37,170 bases of DNA from a virus (taxonomy: Duplodnaviria; Caudoviricetes). Shown in pieces: positions 18,946-28,175 of the stretch. The translations under genes and the position numbers were made by a program. Every line of letters begins with the position of its first letter. Positions within the stretch are counted from its first letter, which is position 1. Below the pieces are notes generated by a model that was given only the letters and a program-made list of their open reading frames with translations, had not been told where the DNA came from and did not search any database. The stretch spans positions 1-37,170 of IMG/VR virus record IMGVR_UViG_3300043443_000429; one strand, written 5' to 3'.

Positions 18946-20763
18946 TTATAGTGAGTAGTCATTAGTACGTCCACCAGCTGCTACAGTAATGTTAGATGTT
19001 CCAAATACAGTATCTAATTCATTATTAAGAGTAGATAGATTTTGAGGAACAGCAACAACAGTTAACTGAGGCATAGATTGAGTGGAAGTATAAGAGAAAT
19101 CTGCATAAGGAAGATATTCAATATAATACAAGTTATAAGAACCAGCATAATTAATTTTTGCTTGTTGAGGATCCATTACCATTGCATTATACTTAATTCC
19201 TTGGAACTGTTGCTTATACTTGTTAGAATATGATTGATATTCATGAGCAAGAAACTTAATTTCTCTTTGCGTTAAATTAGGGAATCTTAGAACAGAATAA
19301 GGAACATATGTAGTACTAGTTGAGTTATAAATAACAGGGTATCCTGGACGATTAATAATATCTTTTCCAGAACCTTCAGAATTAACAATAACAGGATTAA
19401 CAGCAATTGTTCCTTCAGTAATAGTTCCAGATGCAGTACGATCAAATACTACAGGAGTTTGAGTGGTAATACCAGAGTTAAGTGGTTGACCAGATCCAGT
19501 AAATGATAATCTATCATGATAAGGACCTTCTTGGAAATAACCATTCAACTTAACAAAATCCCATTTGTAAGGGAACAATGTCAAATCAGCATCGTTAATA
19601 AATCCAGATTGTGCTAAACCTTCAACTACAAAAGTAAGAGTGAAGTTAGTTCCAGCAACAGCACCAGATACATCACATGTAACAGTTAAATCTCTTACAA
19701 GTTCCAACCAAGTTGAATAAGAACTTACTGATTTATAAGTAGCAGATACACCACCTTGAGTTGCAGATAAGAAAGTTGGAGCAGAAGCATCTTTACCAAG
19801 AATGAAAGATGTTACAGTTGATCCACTATCTTTATTTGTAATAATAGCGTATACTTTAGCAAATTCAGAAATTTGTCCATCAAGAGCAAAATTCTTAACA
19901 ATTCCAAATCCAGTTGAAAATGCAGTATATGCATTGTTTGTAGTTACTACACCAGTAGAAGAAACAAATGTATCAGAAGCAAATGCACTATAACCTCTCA
20001 ACAATCCAAAAGGAGAAAGAGTATTAGCAATTGCAGATCTAATACGTACAGAAAAAGAATATTCTTTATCAGCAGTAAGAGAAAGAGAAGCAGTAGTTGA
20101 AGAAGGAGCAGGAACAGTTAATCCATTCTCATTAACTGATAATGATGCAACAGGGAAAGTAGTTGTATCATAATAATGGTCAACATATTCAAATGTACCA
20201 GATCCAGAAGTAGCACCAGCAATAGTTACAGAACCACTCAAGTGAGTTGGTGTACTTGCATAGTTTCCTGAAACATCTTGAGCAGTAAGTTTATAAACAC
20301 GAGTTGGCAAACCATTTGCACCAACAACATGATAAAATCTACCAGCAGTACCAGCAGTACCAACAGCAAATGCTGTAGTATTAGTAGATGTTCCTGCAGA
20401 ATAAGCAGTACTAACAGTTGATCCAAATACTTTTACCTGACGAGAATAATCATTAGAACCAAACATCTTACGTACAGATACAATTTTATTTGTATCAATA
20501 ATACCAGATTTGATCAATCCCATTTCTTTTTGGATTGCATCAGTTGTGTCCAAACCTTGTACAAGTTGGATTGGTGTTCCAGCAGCGGCAGCAGCAACTG
20601 TACTAGAATAATCTGGCAATACTGTTGGATCAGATGCAAGAGGTGTAACAACACCAATACGTCCATTTGGAACAGCATTAATACTAGTACTAGCAGTCTT
20701 ATTTGCTAGATTGTCAGTAGCAGTTGAGTCTGCTACCAAAAAATGGGTTACTCTAAAGTCCAT
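18946..20763 (-). CDS. Auxiliary capsid protein, crAss001 gp36-like, enlarged
   Basis: 605 aa; IQLVQG...IKSGIID, EYSFSVRI and YNLYYIEY...TVVAVP motifs; placed after the ring gene in the capsid module and followed by a strong terminator. Confidence 0.65.
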   Translation of the reverse strand: MDFRVTHFLVADSTATDNLANKTASTSINAVPNGRIGVVTPLASDPTVLPDYSSTVAAAAAGTPIQLVQGLDTTDAIQKEMGLIKSGIIDTNKIVSVRKMFGSNDYSRQVKVFGSTVSTAYSAGTSTNTTAFAVGTAGTAGRFYHVVGANGLPTRVYKLTAQDVSGNYASTPTHLSGSVTIAGATSGSGTFEYVDHYYDTTTFPVASLSVNENGLTVPAPSSTTASLSLTADKEYSFSVRIRSAIANTLSPFGLLRGYSAFASDTFVSSTGVVTTNNAYTAFSTGFGIVKNFALDGQISEFAKVYAIITNKDSGSTVTSFILGKDASAPTFLSATQGGVSATYKSVSSYSTWLELVRDLTVTCDVSGAVAGTNFTLTFVVEGLAQSGFINDADLTLFPYKWDFVKLNGYFQEGPYHDRLSFTGSGQPLNSGITTQTPVVFDRTASGTITEGTIAVNPVIVNSEGSGKDIINRPGYPVIYNSTSTTYVPYSVLRFPNLTQREIKFLAHEYQSYSNKYKQQFQGIKYNAMVMDPQQAKINYAGSYNLYYIEYLPYADFSYTSTQSMPQLTVVAVPQNLSTLNNELDTVFGTSNITVAAGGRTNDYSL

Positions 20764-20795
20764 TTTAATTAAATTTATTTGTTAAACAATAAGGG

Positions 20796-21497
20796 TTATT
20801 CGTTTCGTTGTTGTCTTGATTGTGCAAATTGTATTTGAGCTTGATCTGTAATAGTCATTGCTAATTGCTCAACAACAATATCTAACAATTCATCTTCTAA
20901 ATGTACTGGGAATTCACAATCAACTGTCTGCGAATCTACACCATTCTTTTTATATCCTCTAATATCAACTTCTTTTGGTTGGCGTATATAATCTAAATAT
21001 AGCTTATTTAATTCATAATCATCACCTTTATAAATCTCAATTTTATCAGCACCAAAAATTACTAATTGTTCTTGCCATTCAAATGAGGGTTTATGGGTGT
21101 CAGACTTAATATAATTTTCAAAATCTGTACGCTTAACAAGATAATTTCTAATCCTTCTATTCTTACAATTACCTTTATCTGCTAAACAATAAGATTTAAT
21201 ATAGAACATATAATCATCAAGAGTGGATGTATCAGAGAATAACACACCATTCTTTTCTAGAATATTTAGTTCAACATTATCTTCAATTAAAAAATCCAAA
21301 TCATCGAACCTCTTTCTAAAAGATTCAAAACCCATTTTATATACGTTGTTCATTCCAATCTTTCTTTTTACAAGAATGATTTGTGCGGAATTAATAGCTC
21401 GTACTTTAGTAGGTAATGATATTTTAAAATTATCATTTGTACCTGCTTTGTTTAGGTATTCATCAATTCTTTTAGAAAGATGTTCGGATGAGATCAT
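20796..21497 (-). CDS. Tail ring protein (crAss001 gp34/35-like)
   Basis: GFESFRKRFDDL, KPSFEWQE, LDYIRQPK and CEFPVHLEDELLDIVV motifs. Confidence 0.75.
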   Translation of the reverse strand: MISSEHLSKRIDEYLNKAGTNDNFKISLPTKVRAINSAQIILVKRKIGMNNVYKMGFESFRKRFDDLDFLIEDNVELNILEKNGVLFSDTSTLDDYMFYIKSYCLADKGNCKNRRIRNYLVKRTDFENYIKSDTHKPSFEWQEQLVIFGADKIEIYKGDDYELNKLYLDYIRQPKEVDIRGYKKNGVDSQTVDCEFPVHLEDELLDIVVEQLAMTITDQAQIQFAQSRQQRNE

Positions 21498-22441
21498 AAT
21501 GATAGAGATGATATATGTTTTTTCAATTTATCAGCATATACAATATATACTTCTTGTTGACTAACATCTGCTAAGATTGTTTCTAACTCTTCAAAAGAAT
21601 TTGCAACAGCAGGTCCTAGTTCAGTTTCTCTGATAATACCTCCTCCAAACTTTCTTAGAAGACCTTCATTCAAACAAGCTTTAGCAAGATACTTTCCATT
21701 TAAAACATCATCTGGTAATTGACTAAGTGTAATAAAGTATTGTACTTTTTTCAAATCTCCTTCTTTGATATAATCATCAAGGATGGTATATACTTCATCA
21801 TCATTAGTAGTCAATCCAATTCCAAGATTATCAATAATGATTGAAATCTTCTTACGTTTACCAACTGACATTTTTTCTAACTCAACAGCAGCTTTATTTT
21901 GCTCTTTCTTTTTACTTACTTTAAGTTCAGTTTCTTCTACAATATTTTCAATATACCAGATACAACTAGGATCACAGTTTCCTTCATCCCAATCTTTTAA
22001 TGATTTACAAATTTGAGGATGTTTAGACAACCACAAAAAAGTAATATATTGATCTGGAATATCTAAGTTAAAGATATTATCTCCATCAACTAAACCATAA
22101 CCTGTTGGAGTGTTTGGTTCTTTAGGATTGGATACATTTCTGTAATAGTCAGAACGTGGATTTAATTGTAATCCTGTTACATGTTCTAATTTCTCTCTTA
22201 ACTCTTTAATTCTATTCTGTTCTTTCTTTCTTTCTTTTTCATCTGCAATCCTCATAATATCTGAGGCATCTTCATCTAAACCATTCCAATACTTCTTAAA
22301 ATTCAAATCATAATAAGGAGTGATTGTGAATTTGGTTGATGGTACTCTACTTAAACCAGCTTTCCGAAGAGAACTTGATAGTGTAAACTGGTGTGCTCCC
22401 CCACTTCTAGGAATGGGTTTAATTTTTACAATTCTAGCCAT
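21494..22441 (-). CDS. Conserved crAss capsid-module protein (gene 75 / gp33-like)
   Basis: 315 aa directly downstream of MCP; LVDGDNIFNLDIPDQYITFLWL..HP.I motif. Confidence 0.65.
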   Translation of the reverse strand: MARIVKIKPIPRSGGAHQFTLSSSLRKAGLSRVPSTKFTITPYYDLNFKKYWNGLDEDASDIMRIADEKERKKEQNRIKELREKLEHVTGLQLNPRSDYYRNVSNPKEPNTPTGYGLVDGDNIFNLDIPDQYITFLWLSKHPQICKSLKDWDEGNCDPSCIWYIENIVEETELKVSKKKEQNKAAVELEKMSVGKRKKISIIIDNLGIGLTTNDDEVYTILDDYIKEGDLKKVQYFITLSQLPDDVLNGKYLAKACLNEGLLRKFGGGIIRETELGPAVANSFEELETILADVSQQEVYIVYADKLKKHISSLSL

Positions 22442-22481
22442 ATTTAATTTTTTTGCTAAGTTAATGAATAATTCTAAAAAT

Positions 22482-22506
22482 AGAAAGGGGGATTACCCCC
22501 CTTTCT
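22482..22506 (-). terminator. Rho-independent terminator after the major capsid gene
   Basis: AGAAAGGGGG-ATTAC-CCCCCTTTCT inverted repeat followed by TATTTTT on the minus strand. Confidence 0.8.
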
Positions 22507-22522
22507 TAATTTTCAGAGATTA

Positions 22523-24124
22523 TTAGAAACTTGTTTCAACTTGTGGTTGTTCTTTGATGATTACAGTGCGAGAAGGATCCTCCAAGAATACTCCTACACG
22601 ATCTTTCATCCACATAGTATACCAAGGATTTCTGTGAGATGACATCATTCCTTGCATAGAACCAAATCCAAATGGAGATACAGTACCTTGCTCATAACCC
22701 CAAGTCATTCCAGGCATTCCTTTGTGACGAATCTCACGGATACGTTGAGGAGCAGTAGCATCACCTTCAGTTGAGATATCAAATACCATGAACATAGGAG
22801 CAGATTTCTTACCAGGACCATATTCCAAGTTACCCATTGGATCATCCAAAGCAGGCATATGCTTGAAGTTAACCATACCTGTTTCAGTGGTCAAGAAGTG
22901 GTCAAATGCATAACCAAGACCAAGATTCATAGAAGGTTTGTTTTGGTTGATACCATGCAACATACCAGCTGTAGCAGGATCAATCTGGAAACCAGTGTTG
23001 AACAATTCTTTTTGCAAAGTGTTGTTGATCAAGTCCATACCAGCTTCGTTGGTATAGATCATAACTCTTCTTTCAGAGAAAGACTTTCTACGATAGAACA
23101 TATCACCAAATACAGTACGCAACAAGTTAACACCAAATTCACCACGGTTGTAATAAACTACGTTACCTTGCTCCATTTGCTCGTACAAACCAGCACCAAC
23201 CAAAGTGTTAGATTGTCCAGTTTGTCCAGGAACCATACCTGATCTACCCCAGATCAACTTGTTAACTTTCATGTCAAGCATTTCTTTCTTCAACATCAAG
23301 TCGATAGTTTTAGCCCAACGCAAGTCAACCAATTGCTCTTTACCATTACGTCCAGCAGATGTTTTACCAATAAAGGTAATATCTTTAGCATTTCCTTCTC
23401 TATCCTTGTTCAAGTTAATAGAGAACTTCTTACCATTACCATCTACCAACTGACGCATTTCAGCCCATTCAGTAACTGTGTGCTCAACACCGAAAGATTC
23501 ACCCAAAGTGTGCATCACTTCAAGTTCACCATCTGTCAAACCAAGTCCAGAAAGTTTAGTATCAAATTCACCAATGATGTTGTCAATTTTGAAATATTCA
23601 ACACCAGGTTGCAAGAAACGGGGAGGTACGAAAGAATCAGCATCACCACCTGTTACAGTGAAAGTGTACTTGAAACCTTTTCCATAAGGAACTGGATCCA
23701 TAGCAACTACCAACTGAACATTTTGCTCAATGCGGTGTGCAGAAATACGATCACCATGAACAAACACTTTTCTATCAAATACCAAAGAGAACATAGTACC
23801 TTGAACACCAGGCTTTGCAATTGCAGTTGCCAAGTTTTCAATAATCTTTGGATATTCAACACCCTTACGGATTTTGTAGGTGAATGAATCAGAGTGAGTA
23901 GTCAAGTAGAATGGTTCTGCTGAAGTGATAAGATTCAAGAAATCATTGCTGTACAACTTAGTTTGGTTGAACAACTCAATGATATCCCTGTCATACTTTT
24001 CAGGAGATTCATTATACAAAGAATACAAGTGATTACTATCAGTAAATTTACCGATAGCATTGCGATACATAGAAGAAGTTTCCCCTACTACATATCTTTT
24101 TGGAAATCCAATAGTGTTTGCCAT
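22523..24124 (-). CDS. Major capsid protein (crAss-like HK97 fold)
   Basis: 533 aa; TDSNHL, GAGLYEQM, IYTNEAGM, HMPALDD and VFLEDPSR motifs; high-expression codon bias; follows the scaffold. Confidence 0.9.
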   Translation of the reverse strand: MANTIGFPKRYVVGETSSMYRNAIGKFTDSNHLYSLYNESPEKYDRDIIELFNQTKLYSNDFLNLITSAEPFYLTTHSDSFTYKIRKGVEYPKIIENLATAIAKPGVQGTMFSLVFDRKVFVHGDRISAHRIEQNVQLVVAMDPVPYGKGFKYTFTVTGGDADSFVPPRFLQPGVEYFKIDNIIGEFDTKLSGLGLTDGELEVMHTLGESFGVEHTVTEWAEMRQLVDGNGKKFSINLNKDREGNAKDITFIGKTSAGRNGKEQLVDLRWAKTIDLMLKKEMLDMKVNKLIWGRSGMVPGQTGQSNTLVGAGLYEQMEQGNVVYYNRGEFGVNLLRTVFGDMFYRRKSFSERRVMIYTNEAGMDLINNTLQKELFNTGFQIDPATAGMLHGINQNKPSMNLGLGYAFDHFLTTETGMVNFKHMPALDDPMGNLEYGPGKKSAPMFMVFDISTEGDATAPQRIREIRHKGMPGMTWGYEQGTVSPFGFGSMQGMMSSHRNPWYTMWMKDRVGVFLEDPSRTVIIKEQPQVETSF

Positions 24125-24151
24125 TGTAGTATTTATTTTTTATAAAGGTTT

Positions 24152-25342
24152 TTAATCAAGGAATCCACCTTTTGTGGATGATGTAGTATTTGGTTTACGA
24201 GATCTTTTAGTAAGACCAAAATCCCACATTTCTTCTTTTGCTTTCTTTTCAGCTTTTTTAATTGCTGTATCAATCTTCAAACCACTCTTTAAAAACTTAG
24301 CCAACTTAAGTAGTTTTTCTGGATCTCTTTGTGCTTCAACAAAGTCTTTGTACATTTCTGTTACTGGATGACCTTGTTCTGTTTTATATGGAGTTGCAGT
24401 AAGGTATTCAAATAATTCACCTTCATCATTACGAGAGAATGGGATATTATCAATATTACCTTTTTCTACAGCTGATTTAATTGATTGTTCAATTGCTGAT
24501 TCAAACTGTTGTCTTTGTCTTTCTTGCATTACTTGTTGTTGTCTAGCATTTTGTACCAACTCAGCTTTCTGTTGTTCAAAATACTTTACCAACTTACTTT
24601 TAGCTTGTTCAGCTTTTTTATCAAGTTTGTTCAAATCTTTTAGATCTTGAATCTCTTCTTTGATATCTTCAAAGTTTCTTTCTGGATCAACTAATCTAAA
24701 ATACTCAAACATAATCCTTTCTTTATTTTCTTCAGTGGAAGGATCAAAGGATTGTACAATCTCACTTCTTCTTTGTGCTTCAAAGTACAATTCTGGATCT
24801 ACACCTTCTACTGCTACTTTCCAAAGAAAGTCTTGTTGCTTTGGACCAAATCTTGCAAAAGCCTGTTGAATAAAATCATCAGCTTTTCTTCTAGAGCTTT
24901 CTTCAAATCTCTCAACAAAGGTGTCTTGGTTCCATTCAAAATCTTCAGCTTCTTCCTCTTCTAACTCGTCAAGGATACCAAGCTTAGTTAGATTTTTACC
25001 AAACACTTCAAAGAAATTATCCTCTGCTGAATCTTCATCATCTGAATCATCTGTTACCTCTGGAGTGGGTTGTTTTTTAACCTCTGGCTTTTTAGAAGGT
25101 TTAGCTGGATCTTCATCCTCATCTTCTAATTTAAAATCCTCAAGAAGTGCAAGAGCATCAGGTTCTTCCTCATCAACAAAGGAATCCTTTTTAGTAGCTG
25201 GAGCTGGTTCTGGTTCATCATCATTGTTATCAACAATGTTGATATCTGAACCTGGATTGTAATCTTGAAGTAGTGTATTAGCATCTACTACTTCCGCTGC
25301 TTCAATGCCTAGGGCATCTGTTAAATTTTCTTTTGTACTCAT
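24152..25342 (-). CDS. Capsid scaffolding protein (crAss gene 77-like)
   Basis: Very acidic N-terminus and helical C-terminus; lies between portal and MCP. Confidence 0.75.
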   Translation of the reverse strand: MSTKENLTDALGIEAAEVVDANTLLQDYNPGSDINIVDNNDDEPEPAPATKKDSFVDEEEPDALALLEDFKLEDEDEDPAKPSKKPEVKKQPTPEVTDDSDDEDSAEDNFFEVFGKNLTKLGILDELEEEEAEDFEWNQDTFVERFEESSRRKADDFIQQAFARFGPKQQDFLWKVAVEGVDPELYFEAQRRSEIVQSFDPSTEENKERIMFEYFRLVDPERNFEDIKEEIQDLKDLNKLDKKAEQAKSKLVKYFEQQKAELVQNARQQQVMQERQRQQFESAIEQSIKSAVEKGNIDNIPFSRNDEGELFEYLTATPYKTEQGHPVTEMYKDFVEAQRDPEKLLKLAKFLKSGLKIDTAIKKAEKKAKEEMWDFGLTKRSRKPNTTSSTKGGFLD

Positions 25343-25380
25343 AATTATAATTCAAAATTGTTATACTTTTTTGTTAAAAC

Positions 25381-25388
25381 CAAAGTTA
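25381..25388 (-). promoter_or_regulatory. -7 box TAACTTTG upstream of scaffold-MCP
   Basis: Exact TAnnTTTG in the portal/scaffold gap, 38 nt before the ATG. Confidence 0.5.
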
Positions 25389-25427
25389 ATATCTTTCTTT
25401 AAATCATAAAAATAAAAAGGATAGCAT

Positions 25428-28175
25428 TTATTCTTCTCCTACTACAGGATTTTTCAATTCTGTTTCAGATTTCATTTTAGCAATATTCTCTTTACTTTGT
25501 ATTTCTTTCTCTTTTAGTTTTAATTCTGCCTCTTTAATCTTAAACTCTCTATCTGTTGTAGTTCTTCTATTTTCTAAATCTTGTTGTTTTAGATCCAACT
25601 CTTTAATCATTTTTGTATATGAAGAATTGAATTTCTCAACCTCTAAAGCATCAGGTACTTGGTTGACATTCACATCAGAGGGAGAAGATGCTGCTCTAAT
25701 TTGAGCTACTACAACATCTTTCTTTCTATCCAATTCAGATTGTTGAGCTTTAAATTGTCTGTCTTGTTCTGCTCTTTGTTCTGCCAACTGCATCTGCTGT
25801 TCAGCAAGTTGTTTCTGTTGATCAAGTTGCTTTTGTTGCATTTGCTGTTGTTCAGCTTGTTGTGCTTCTTTCTTCTGCATATCTTCTTTCAAGAACTCTC
25901 TAATCTCAGAAACAGATTGAGAGGTATTGATAATAGTAGAATAATATGGGTGAAGTTGATTTTGAGCATAAGCCATAGACAACTGTCTAATCTCTTCAAG
26001 TTTACGTTTATCTTCAGCTCTATTAGTAACATATACTTGTAAATCTCTAGTCTTCAAATCATTACCATTAATAGTAAGGAATTCATTATGCATATCAGAG
26101 TTTACAAAAGTAATTGTGCTAACATCTTTTTGAGAGTCTAAATATTGAGCTGTGTCAATAAGTTGTTGATATACTAGATTCAAACATTGTTCGTGCAAAG
26201 CTGTAATAGGTTCTGTTTGAGAGAATGATTGAGAGAGTGATTGATTAATACCAGTTGCAGTTTCTGTAGCTGCCACTGAACCAAGACGTTGTGGTGTAAA
26301 ACCTAACAACTCCCAACATTGACTCTTAGCCCATGTAGCTAATGAGATACGAGATTGAATCTCTTGTGTACGTGTAAGGTCAAGACGAGTGTATTGGTTA
26401 AATGTACTCTGACCTTTTGTATTTTCAGGTGAATCATCAATACCTAACACACCTGCTTCTTTTGCAAGTGTAGTCATCTTCTCTAATGCATCCTCATCAG
26501 TGAGATCTTTATATCTAGGTAATTGACGTAAGTTGTACAACACTGCTACACCCACCTCTTTTTCTAGTAGCAAATAGATTTGATTTAAACAGATATTATA
26601 GATAATCTGATAAACCTTCATTTGATCCACAAGTGATTTTGGAATAGTATTCTTAGAATATTGAAATACACCAACAATAGGTGGTAGTTCTGTATAACGT
26701 AATGGTTCCATTAAATATACAGCTTGTCCAATTCTAACTCCTCTCCACCATTCATTCTTGTACTCCCATTCAATATCTAGAATAGTAGGATCATTTTTAT
26801 CGTATTCAAAATTATCATCAATGATTTCAATTTGTTCAAATCCTTCATCATCAATGTAAGTTAATTTACCAATCTTTCTTTTTGATTTGAAATAAGAGAT
26901 AACTACAGTGTAGCGGTGATTCCTTGTATCATAACCCATGTATCCATAAGGATAGTATCTTTCACCAGAAGGATCATATGTATCAAGCAAAGCATGTTGT
27001 TCTAGTTCAGCTCTTACTGTTGCCTCATATTGTGTACGTAATGGATCGTGTTGTGGGTAGAATACAGAATCATAACCTGTTTTACCAGATTCAAAAATGT
27101 TTACATCAGCATTAGGATTCTTTACATAATCATCTCTATGCTCACGGAGATATTCAATCTCCTCTTCTGTAAGAGAGAATCTATCAAGAATCTTACTCAT
27201 CTCCATAGATTCAATATATCCAATAGCGTAGCAATCAGTGGTGAACTTAGGATCTGGTTCAGTGAGAAGCCATGTTTTAACTGGATTCAACACTTCATAG
27301 TTCAATCCACTTTTACTCTTATCTAAGTAAATGTGGTGATACTCTCTAGCAGTGATAAGAAAATCTCTAAATCCATCCTCTGATTTACTCTTTACATCAA
27401 ACTCAATTTTAAGTTGTTGTAATTTTAAATTAGCCCATTGTTCAGCAGTGGATTGATAAGTTTTATTTAGATACCCTTCTAATTCTTTTGGACTCAACTC
27501 CTTAATTTGAGATTCAACTTGTTGTAGTTGTTGCTCAATTTGTTGCATTTGTTGAGCAATTTGTTCTAACTCAGGAGTGGTTTCAGGGGATTTCATATCA
27601 ACTCCAGATGCTTGAATTTGATCTAGAGATTGTTTAAGTGTTTGAGCTTGAGTGACTAGTTGTTCTCTTTGTTCAAGTAGGCCAGCTTTATTAGCTCTTG
27701 CCATCATTACCTCTTGAATCTTTTGTTTCAAAGCATTTGTAAGAGATTCTGTTTGCTCCCTCATGAAGTCATTATTAGAATGCTCATCAATTGCTTTAAA
27801 TCTAACATTATCAGGACGTTTTGTAATCTCACCAATTAATGTATTAAGTGGTGGATTCATCATTGGATAATGTTTAATATAATCTGGAATCTCAACAGAG
27901 GTGGCTTCATCTAAAAATTCAACCAACTTCTCATAATCAGGGGTGAAGTAATCTTCTTTAATTAAGATACCATTCAACAGATCATAATTCTTTTTCAAAG
28001 TATGATTAGACCAATATTGACTATATGCGATATTTGCATAATAGTCCATTGCACTTTTAATCCAGTCAGCAGATAATTTATCTTTCTCTGGAGCAAATTG
28101 GTCAGGAACAAACAGATCGTAATTATCTACAATATTTGTATACTTCGTTCTGTTTTTATATTTAGTAATGATCAT
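25428..28175 (-). CDS. Portal protein
   Basis: 915 aa; NYDLLNG, IKHYPMMNPPLNTLIGE, SLVDQMKVYQIIYN, FNQYTRLDLT and LLGFTPQRLG crAss portal motifs; Q-rich C-terminal barrel. Confidence 0.9.
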   Translation of the reverse strand: MIITKYKNRTKYTNIVDNYDLFVPDQFAPEKDKLSADWIKSAMDYYANIAYSQYWSNHTLKKNYDLLNGILIKEDYFTPDYEKLVEFLDEATSVEIPDYIKHYPMMNPPLNTLIGEITKRPDNVRFKAIDEHSNNDFMREQTESLTNALKQKIQEVMMARANKAGLLEQREQLVTQAQTLKQSLDQIQASGVDMKSPETTPELEQIAQQMQQIEQQLQQVESQIKELSPKELEGYLNKTYQSTAEQWANLKLQQLKIEFDVKSKSEDGFRDFLITAREYHHIYLDKSKSGLNYEVLNPVKTWLLTEPDPKFTTDCYAIGYIESMEMSKILDRFSLTEEEIEYLREHRDDYVKNPNADVNIFESGKTGYDSVFYPQHDPLRTQYEATVRAELEQHALLDTYDPSGERYYPYGYMGYDTRNHRYTVVISYFKSKRKIGKLTYIDDEGFEQIEIIDDNFEYDKNDPTILDIEWEYKNEWWRGVRIGQAVYLMEPLRYTELPPIVGVFQYSKNTIPKSLVDQMKVYQIIYNICLNQIYLLLEKEVGVAVLYNLRQLPRYKDLTDEDALEKMTTLAKEAGVLGIDDSPENTKGQSTFNQYTRLDLTRTQEIQSRISLATWAKSQCWELLGFTPQRLGSVAATETATGINQSLSQSFSQTEPITALHEQCLNLVYQQLIDTAQYLDSQKDVSTITFVNSDMHNEFLTINGNDLKTRDLQVYVTNRAEDKRKLEEIRQLSMAYAQNQLHPYYSTIINTSQSVSEIREFLKEDMQKKEAQQAEQQQMQQKQLDQQKQLAEQQMQLAEQRAEQDRQFKAQQSELDRKKDVVVAQIRAASSPSDVNVNQVPDALEVEKFNSSYTKMIKELDLKQQDLENRRTTTDREFKIKEAELKLKEKEIQSKENIAKMKSETELKNPVVGEE

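Noticed and set aside
15785-20426. Antisense and alternate-frame ORFs within the fibre and auxiliary capsid genes
   Set aside because: By-products of S/T/A/G-rich coding sequence
22859-25262. Many plus-strand ORFs antisense to the MCP and scaffold genes
   Set aside because: Explained by the codon bias of highly expressed genes; the translations have no recognisable motifs
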